A stretch of 64,000 nt of DNA from Octopus vulgaris (taxonomy: Eukaryota): contig OX597841.1 in assembly GCA_951406725.2 (NCBI GenBank), positions 25,110,001 to 25,174,000 on the forward strand. The letters are read 5' to 3'. Below are positions 55,549 to 64,000 of this stretch, one piece after another (the stretch's first letter is position 1; every line of letters begins with the position of its first letter). The notes below the pieces were generated by a model. The model did not search any database, was not told the DNA's origin, and saw nothing but the letters and a program-made list of their open reading frames with translations. Both the position numbers and the translations under genes were made by a program.

Positions 55549-56490
55549 TTTATTTCATAAAATTTACCATGAAGGCAGTACAGAGAGTAGCTTGTGGGCT
55601 GGACAGAAACATTAATGAAATGTTAAGGCGGCGAGATTGCAGGAACGTTAGCACGCCGGGCGAACTGCTTAGGAGATGCCGTTGCGTTCTGAGTTCAAAT
55701 TCCGCCGAGGTCGACTTTGCCTTTCATCCTTTCGGGGTCGATAAATTAAGTACCAATTATGCACTGGGGTCGATTTAATCCTTGTTTGTCCCCTCTATGT
55801 TTAGCCCCTTGTGGGCAATAAAGAAATAAGAAACATTAATGAGATGAATGATGAAAAAAAAAAGACGAAAAAATGATATTGATGGGAAGAGACAAAAAAA
55901 CGCCCGCCATTTTCTTTGTTTTTTAAATAACAAAATGAGGTATTAAACCTCTTGCTTTAGTTTATTACAAATCTTCTTTGTCTTTCTATAAAAAGAACAA
56001 ACAATGTGAGGCAATAAACCTCTTACACAAACTGAGACACCGAGTCTCTTCAATCATCCCCTATAAATTCTCTTGCCGCCTGCAGGTAATCCCTCAGGCG
56101 CAAGTCGGGGCACCAAAAGGTATAACTGTAATGTCCTTCCGAACAGGATTCCACTATTCGAAAGAAATCTCTTTCTTTCACCTCCAGCGCCGCTACCTAC
56201 GGTGGCCAATGCTGGCTTCCAGTACAGGCCGATTCCATCAGGTCCTGACCTGCAAGACATTTCATTATAAAGCTGTCAACAACCCCTCCCTTAAGATAGA
56301 ACACCACATATTCTTTACTTTCACAGGGAGGGTCCACATCTTCCTCTGTCGTTGGCACGATTCCCACCGAAGACGTCTCGGGACATGCCGTAGGCAGTAC
56401 ATTGCACACCTCCGCCACTGTCCGATTCCTTTTATCTTTTTGCTTTTTATCTTTGGTGCGGGAGGGGTTGGCTCCTTCACCATAACCGCC
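55549..56490 (-). mobile_element. Second, diverged ORF1-only element (3' part)
   Basis: 3' UTR homologous to 53411-53640 (GGGCTGGACA..ACATTAATG); ORF remnant ACPETSSVGIVPTTEE. Confidence 0.6.
55623..55828 (+). mobile_element. Full-length SINE with TSD, inserted in the 3' UTR of the element above
   Basis: B-box GAGTTCAAATTCC; TSD AGAAACATTAATGA(A/G)ATG at 55605-55622 and 55829-55846. Confidence 0.88.
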
Positions 56491-56492
56491 AT

Positions 56493-57475
56493 AACTCTAT
56501 TTCATTATATTTGCCATAAAGGCTGTACATAGTGTGTAGCTTTGCGGGCTGGACAAGAACATTAATGAAGTGAATGATAATGAAACGAAGATGATAAGAA
56601 TGGGATAAAACAAAAAGCGCCGCCGACTTTTAGATCTCTAAAACATTGTTCTTCAGAAAAATACAAAATGAGGTATTAAACCTCTTACCACAGTTTTTAC
56701 AATTTAAAACACATAATTTAGCCAATTAAGTTCCTTCCTCCCCGACCAGGCTCTACGCTACCCTTAGGCACTGCTCCAGGTCCAGGTCGGGGCCCCGGAA
56801 TGAAAATCTGAACATATGCTTAGAGAAGGCGCCCATCACCCTTAACATACTAACATCCGATACGACCTTGGTAGTCACCTGCGAAGGCCAATCCACATCC
56901 ACTGTCCAGGCCATGGGCTCCTCTCTCCGGTCATCCAGCTTCTTACGAAGCTCTGTAACGCCCCTTCCTTCTGGAGGAAGATGACAAAATCATCTTTCCT
57001 CCTTCTTGGAGGGGGGCCGCTGTTTCCTCTGTCGGTGGCACACATCCCACCGACAAAGTTTCTGGGCATGCCTGCAGTTCACCATCGACCGCCAGCAATG
57101 TCCCATTTTTCTTCTTTTTCCATTTCCGCTTTTCCTTTACGACGGGAGATTGGAGTTCCTCCGTCTTGTCTGGAAGTCCTTCCATTCCTCCCGCCTCAGG
57201 ATCCATTGGTGGGTAACCATTATTGCCCACCTTCTTTCTTTTTCTCCCTTTCTTTTTCGATGGGGTTGCCTCCCCCTTGTCTTCCTCCCTCTCTTCCTCC
57301 CCCTCCAATGGGGGAGCAGGGGGCTCTTCTATTAACTGCTCCAGGACCTTTGCTAGGAACCGGTGGCAGTTTTTTATATGGCCCAATTCCAGGCACAGGT
57401 GACACTTGGGGTAAGGGAGCGTCCCTCAAGGATCACCTGGTACCTGGTCATGGAGCTCGCAAAGCCAGTATCAGG
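56493..57475 (-). mobile_element. Third diverged ORF1-only element
   Basis: Intact knuckle KCHLCLELGHIKNC, KKGRKRKKVGNNG, ACPETLSVGCVPPTEE and the same 3' UTR. Confidence 0.65.
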
Positions 57476-58221
57476 TGACATTTTTTCACTTAATCATAGC
57501 TTTCAGGGGTCCGTATGTCTCTGATCCACCCTTTCCACCAGTCCATAAGGGTATTTTTGGCCATGGAGGTGGTGGTAGGGTGTCTACCTGTTTTTGGTTG
57601 ACTGGGGCGAAACATGAAGAATCTTGCAAAAACAAACACATAAACGTAAAAAGTAGGTTGTGTTTTACTGAGTGAAATGACTAAATCTTGTTGAACAGGG
57701 AAAACATCTCATGAGTTTTATTTCAAACAATTGTTTTCGGGTGAGGTCACAACTTACAGCTGTATTTCTATATAAGTAAATGTGTACCCAAGCATATCAG
57801 CACACAAACACACCCACTCTTATGTATGTTTTTACTTAGACATAAACACAGGCGTTATTGTGGCTTGGCCCAAATCTGATCCTTTCAAATAAAACTTACC
57901 ACATGTTACTTCTTTTCAACAAGTATTGATCATTTCATTCAATAATGCCCTATAATCGATTTTTTTTCATGTTTCACAGATATTTTTTTTTATTATCATT
58001 TTGACCTCTTGCAATTTCCATTTATGTGTGAATGTGTGTGCATATATGTATGAGTGTATGCAAACACCTGCATGTGTGTGTGTGTGTGTGTGTGTACGTA
58101 TGTAACACACCCATCAAGACGTGGGCAGACGAGAAGACTGCATGAAAAGAAATCTGATACACCCTTCCCCCCCACCAAAGAAAGGAGAACGCTGGAAATT
58201 GCTTTTAAGTAAGAAACTCAG

Positions 58222-58264
<43 letters not shown>

Positions 58265-58268
58265 GTCA

Positions 58269-58432
<164 letters not shown>

Positions 58433-58446
58433 GTACATACATATAT

Positions 58447-58768
58447 ATGACTTGACTTTGACTTTTTTGACTTTGACCGACCAGTCCGTCAGGCGTCCAT
58501 TTGACACCGCTGGTCACAGCACGCTGTCCACTCCTCTCTGGATCGCGCCTTTCTCATCCATGTGATCCCAATCGTCCTCTTGAAATCGTCACTCCACCGT
58601 CGTGGAGGTCTTCCAGGTGGTCTTTTCCGCTCACGCGGGTACCACTCGACAACTGCGCGCGTCCACCGATTATCGGTGAGCCGGGTTACGTGTCCAGCCC
58701 ATCTATACTTGCTGCGAGTATACCTTGCGATGACATCTCTCACGCCGGACTTCTTTCTGATGATGTTG
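58447..58768 (-). mobile_element. RTE-clade LINE 3' end
   Basis: KYRWAGHVTRLTDNRW..WYPRERKRPPGRPPRRWSDD; (CAAAGT)n-like tail. Confidence 0.9.
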
Positions 58769-59028
58769 CTACTTTTCTCTGCATGTCTCGAACAGATCAT
58801 CAGAGGCATCGAATGGCAAGGTGGTGTCAACATCAATGGCGAGCTCCTCACTCACCTCCGTTTCGCTGACGACATCGTACTCATCGCTGAAAACATGGAT
58901 CAGCTTCAGACCATGCTGAAGGAGCTCAACATCAAAAGTTCTGCTGTAGGTCTAAAGATGAACCGCATGAAAACAAAGTTCATGCAGTCAGACAACGTAC
59001 AAACAGGTCGAATGGTGATCGGCAGTGA

Positions 59029-59032
<4 letters not shown>
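58769..59032 (+). mobile_element. Inverted RTE RT fragment
   Basis: LFSACLEQII..GVNINGELLTHLRFADDIVLIA..VGLKMNRMKTKFM. Confidence 0.9.
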
Positions 59033-59073
<41 letters not shown>

Positions 59074-59539
59074 TTTATTTAAAGCAGCAGAAAATTCAAC
59101 AAAATTCTGCTGCTTTAAATAAAGCATATTACTCTACTACTGGTATTTGAGTACTCTTTTTTCCACCTTGTTTCACATTTATGTGTTTACTCCGGTATAT
59201 ATATACATGGTATTATTCCAAAGAAATAAATGGGGTAAAATGCAATCTTCTCATCAGGAAAGAAAAGAAAGGGAGCCTATCTCAACAACAAGACATTATA
59301 ACAATTACGATGACTGCTTAAATGATAAACAGAATGTTATTAAGTAGTTAAAAAAACCGTTAGTAGATTCGACGTGAAAGGCAGATAGTAGGAAGAGAAG
59401 GGTTAAAGAAATAATAAGTAGAGAACAAATAAAGGGGGATACGTTGGTTGAAAAAATGTTCGATGGCTTAGAAGTAGATTTCTCTATTGAAGTAAAGTGC
59501 AAGTTAAACTAACTGTTCAAACTATAAAGACTGGTAAAA

Positions 59540-59982
59540 TCACATATATGAGCTAAAGGTATGTTTCTGCCAGTGTTTACATTTGTAAGATCGCTTTATG
59601 AGTGTGTAAACAAGGTGATTCTTAGAGAAGAGAATATGGAAGAGTTCAGAGTTGCAAATGTTACAAAATCCCTTGCCCTTATCGTAAGGAAAAGATACGG
59701 ACAGGATGAACCAATCTAACTTAAAATCTTTATTGTTGTCTTTAAGATGCCAAACCAATTTACTTAGCCCTGTACTATGGCGTTTTCTGCTATCCATAAA
59801 TGATGAATAATGATTTGAAGTTCTCTTGGATAACTGGGAAGTGGATGCACCTATATAGAAGAAGACATCGGTACCGGAAGAAATTTTACACTGGTATATA
59901 GAATTCTTGATCTTAGAATCATTAGACATAAATTTAATTCTGTTGGGGTTGTCCTCAGAGATTAAAACCATGTTTTTATTGC

Positions 59983-60034
<52 letters not shown>

Positions 60035-60420
60035 ATGCTTGTGTTTCATGTCGGCATGGGTTAGATGAATCCAGGGTCTGCTTTAGAATGTCTTCTGCTG
60101 CTGGATACCCGTCCTAATGCCACTCGCTTTACAAAGGGTGCTGTGTGCCTTAGCATCAACTCTGGTGAGGCTGGCATGTAACTTGCAAGACTACGAGCCA
60201 TGAGAAGAGACTTTATGCTAGATGCGGGTCTAAAATCTAAAAGAAGGGGGTCGGGACAAGTTTGTCGCTGTTGAAGTGCCAATGGCTACTCACAGAGGGA
60301 GAAGGAGGAGAGGAAGAAGAACGAAGCTTTTGTGAAACATCTTACCACAGCCTGGTGGGATTGTTGAACCTGTGAATCATAGAGTTGTCTCTTGGCCTGT
60401 AATAGAGGAGAATAGAGGCG
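59540..60420 (-). mobile_element. Penelope-like element fragment (GIY-YIG), second family
   Basis: IYQCKI..FYIGAST..KRTSNHYSSF, STGLSKLVW, CNICNSE, CKH. Confidence 0.85.
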
Positions 60421-60978
60421 AGTTAGATGCGTTTCTTCTTTACTCTACGTCTTTATGTATGTGTGTATGTGTGTGTATATGTTTGTGTGTCTGTGTTAGT
60501 CCCCCCAACATCGCTTGACAACCGATGCTGGTGTGTTGTTTCTACCTATTGGTCTCTCCTCCACCCCACTTTACCCACCCATAGGGTGGCACTACAGCTC
60601 CTCCCTCCTCACCTCCGCCCCTCAACACTGCCTTCCGCTTACCCCTCAATACCCACCCATATTGAAAAGGAAGGTGCACCATGCCTCTTTCTCCTCAACC
60701 TTCCCCCTCAGCCCTCTCTCCCTTCCCAACACACTGCTTTTCAATTGTCTTCCCACTACGCCTCCTTCGCTAACAATGTCCCCTCCCCCTTACCCCACCC
60801 CTCTCTCAACAACACACCCATGTAACTCCAATGAGAACTTGTCCTATCGACAGACCATCCAATCTCTGCTTCTTCCTCCTTCTCTCCCCCTCTCCTTCCC
60901 TATTCCATTCACATTACTCCGCCCCCTTCTGCTCTTCTCCCACTCCACCACCACTCACCTCCTATATCAATGCTTGCA

Positions 60979-61010
<32 letters not shown>

Positions 61011-61123
61011 CAATAGAGTAATGTACATGAGTTCAATTTTTGATGAAACAATTCTAAAAAGGACTTTCTCACTTATTTATCCTTTGTTATAATCATACAT
61101 ATTTGTTGTAAGCAATTCTCCTG

Positions 61124-61981
61124 ATTAGTTTACTGTTCAGGTCCCTAATGTCCCACAAATCAAAATTAACAGGTTCCTCGAATGCAGGAATGGAAAAAGG
61201 ACCATTGCTGTCCTATATGGAAGTCTCGTCACTGATATTTCATCAATTCCTGAATTGCTAATCTCCGCTATGTAATTACCACATCTCACCTTTAATCCAC
61301 CTTCACCAATTATTTCACCTGATTTACCTCTTCTTCTTCCTCCATCTCTATCTCCTCCTCTGTATTCCAATTTATTAATTAATTCATTACTGAATATTTC
61401 CTTGTTTGTTTCAGATGTAATGGAAGGGAAACGAAGACCAGAATCAAGATTTAATAACGACACAGATTCCAGAATGTTCACTTGGTCCCCATCAATCTTT
61501 ATGCAATGACATTCAATCAATTCAATATGTACACACCAGTAAATACCCCCCCACTTTTCTCCATATTACACCATAAGGAATGAGACTTGGCCAAACTTTA
61601 GATGTCTGCAAATCTCCATTCAGTTGAAATATTTCTTTTCTTTTAGGAACCGTGGCCATTATGTGTGATTCTTGTGTAAAACACACACCACCAACTAAAC
61701 TTGCAACATTTCTGTGACATAGCAACTGGCCGTCTTCATCGAATATTTTAACATTTCCATTATTGGCTTTTTCACACACAACTGTCTTTCCTTCCTCAGA
61801 AACATCAAAATCTTTTACTTGAACAGGACATTTGTCTGTTTGTAAACAAGCAACCGGGACGCTGTCTCGATTCACCATAAACAACCCTTCAACATACAAT
61901 TCATTCCCTCTCATTACCCTCCTGGGGCTTCCAACAACCCTTGGTCCTTTACAGTCTATACTGACGAAAAATACTTCTTCT
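61124..61981 (-). pseudogene. Partial duplicate of the multi-propeller gene (equivalent to 32018-32873)
   Basis: Near-identical translations (MRGNELYVEGLF..; CHCIKIDGDQVNILESV) with extra indels. Confidence 0.85.
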
Positions 61982-62019
61982 GAAAGAGGGTCAGGGGCAT
62001 TACTTATTGAACGTCCCTC

Positions 62020-62313
62020 GTATATGTTAGCCAGATTACGTCGACATGCCTAACTCAGATTACCACAAACTATGTGAATGACACCCTCTCCCCACCTCCC
62101 ATCCAATTCTATATTCTTTCTCTCTCTCTTTACATCATCTGCAACATTACCACCACCACCATCTCTCCATGCATTTCCATTCAAGTGTTTCATGTTTCTG
62201 AACCAATCATATTCACTTATTTTGCCTTCTTTCTTTATATGGAAAAATCCCATCCTCAATATTTAACTTTGTATACATACATATATAGCTACACACACAC
62301 ACATGTACATATA

Positions 62314-62387
<74 letters not shown>

Positions 62388-62394
62388 CATATAC

Positions 62395-62437
<43 letters not shown>

Positions 62438-64000
62438 TATATATATATATGCATATAAACACGTACCTACAAACACACCCATATACATACACACATACAG
62501 GCATACCTTTTCCAATAAGTTGTAGTGACCCTAATATCGTATACAATAAGCTCATTATAGTTATTATTATTATCATTATTAAGAATCGTTAGCATACTGG
62601 GCGAAATGCTTAGTGGTATTTCACTCATAGCTACGTTCCAAGTTCAAATTCCACCAAGGTCGTCTTTGGTTTCATCTGCCTAGGGTCAATAAAACAAGTA
62701 GCATTTGAGTACTGAGGCCGATGTAGTCAACCGTCCGCTTCCCTACGAAATGTCAGGCCTTGTGCCTTTTGTAGAAAGGACTATTATTTATGCAGTGAAT
62801 GACATCATTGTTAATGCATCGGACATTGAATGTATGCGCGAAGCAGGGAAGGAGAATGCTTTAGAGTAGCTAACCCTCATAGAAATAACAGACAAATCTC
62901 CTTCTAGTCAGATTCTATTGTTATAGGAATGTATATATGTATGTATTGAGTCAATAACAAAGACCTCTGTATGGCTGTTAAATCACGAGAATTCTCCTAT
63001 TTTCAAGTGAGCTTTGTGTACTAAAGATCTTTCAAGTTTGATATTTTCTAAATCCTTAAGTTCCACACAATTGGCAACAATGGCTGCATCTCCTTTCATT
63101 TCTGAAGAAAGCATTCCAACAGTCAAGGAAGAGCCCGTCAAGAGCTTGGGACGAGTATACGCTGGAACATTGTCAGAGAGAAGTCGTGGGATTGAAATTA
63201 TGAAACAAGCCGAGGCTGGGTTATCAGCGATTGATGATTCGAAGTTACCAGGTAAATATAAAATTTGGTGCTTGCAGTTCGGTTTGTACCCGCGACTTGC
63301 GTGGCCACTTTAAATATACGAAGTAGCATTGTCACGTGTTGAAAGGATTGAACAAAAATGTAATGTGTTCATTAGAAAGTGGCTAGGTCTACCTCGTATG
63401 TTGAACAGCTCAGCTCTTTATCGTAAAAGAGGTTCGTTGCAGCTACCAATAGCATCAATAGTTGAAATATATAAGTTGAGGAAGATACGGACGGTCATGG
63501 TGCTGAGAGAATCGAAGGATATGGAAATCAGGCGTAACCCACTAGAGGTGAAAACGGCCAGGAAGTGGAAAGCAGAAGCAGAAACTGACAACATCTTGTC
63601 TTCTCTTATACACAGAGATATGGTGGGAGCAACGCAGAACCATCGGAAAGGATTTGGTTTTGGCGCAGATCAGTTCAGACCGTTTGCAAGCATGATCCCG
63701 TGTGAACGCAGATCTGTTGTTAGCAACAGCGTCAAAACAAGAGAAGCAGAGAGAAGAGAGCTTCGTTTGATCCGATGTGTTCATCAAGGTCAGATGACGA
63801 GATGGGAAGAACATGTTGTTGAGAGGAAGATAAGTTGGGATGAGATGTGGAAGTGGACGACATCTCGGCTGAGTTTCCTGATTCGTTCATCTTATGATGT
63901 TTTGCCATCACCTACGAATCTAGTAAGATGGAACGTCTTAGAGAATGACATCTGCAAATGTGGAAAGGTCGGTACACTAAAACATAATCTTTCCAACTGT
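62020..64000. repeat. Duplicate of 38097-40019
   Basis: Colinear and near-identical outside microsatellites, including the same in-frame stop in the HERO-like ORF. Confidence 0.95.
63110..64000 (+). mobile_element. HERO-like element, duplicate copy cut by the window end
   Basis: Same motifs as 39130-40020. Confidence 0.85.

Overview
AT-rich, microsatellite-dense animal genomic DNA with one 100-N scaffold gap (14529-14628). The SINE, Penelope and microsatellite content suggests an octopus or other cephalopod genome (inference). Host genes are all on the minus strand. There are three copies of a large coding exon of a GT10 alpha-1,3-fucosyltransferase (9464-10407, 17597-18540, 51145-52099) but only one matching 3' exon (47103-47424). 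There is also an intronless ~5.1 kb reading frame (31087-36208), broken by several frameshifts, encoding a coiled-coil plus about 5-6 tandem NHL-like beta-propeller modules, with a partial second copy at 61124-61981. FucT, propeller gene and a HERO-like retroelement appear in the same order twice, indicating a segmental duplication. The rest is repeats: tRNA-derived SINEs (including a 2.4 kb mosaic SINE array inside one 14-bp TSD), CR1/L2-group, RTE, R4/Dong-like and Penelope retroelements, ORF1-only L1/Tx1-like elements, non-autonomous Helitrons, a mariner relic, long palindromes and several minimal hammerhead-ribozyme-like folds with canonical and non-canonical cores. Most short ORFs in the track are microsatellite artefacts. 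All alignments and counts were made by eye.
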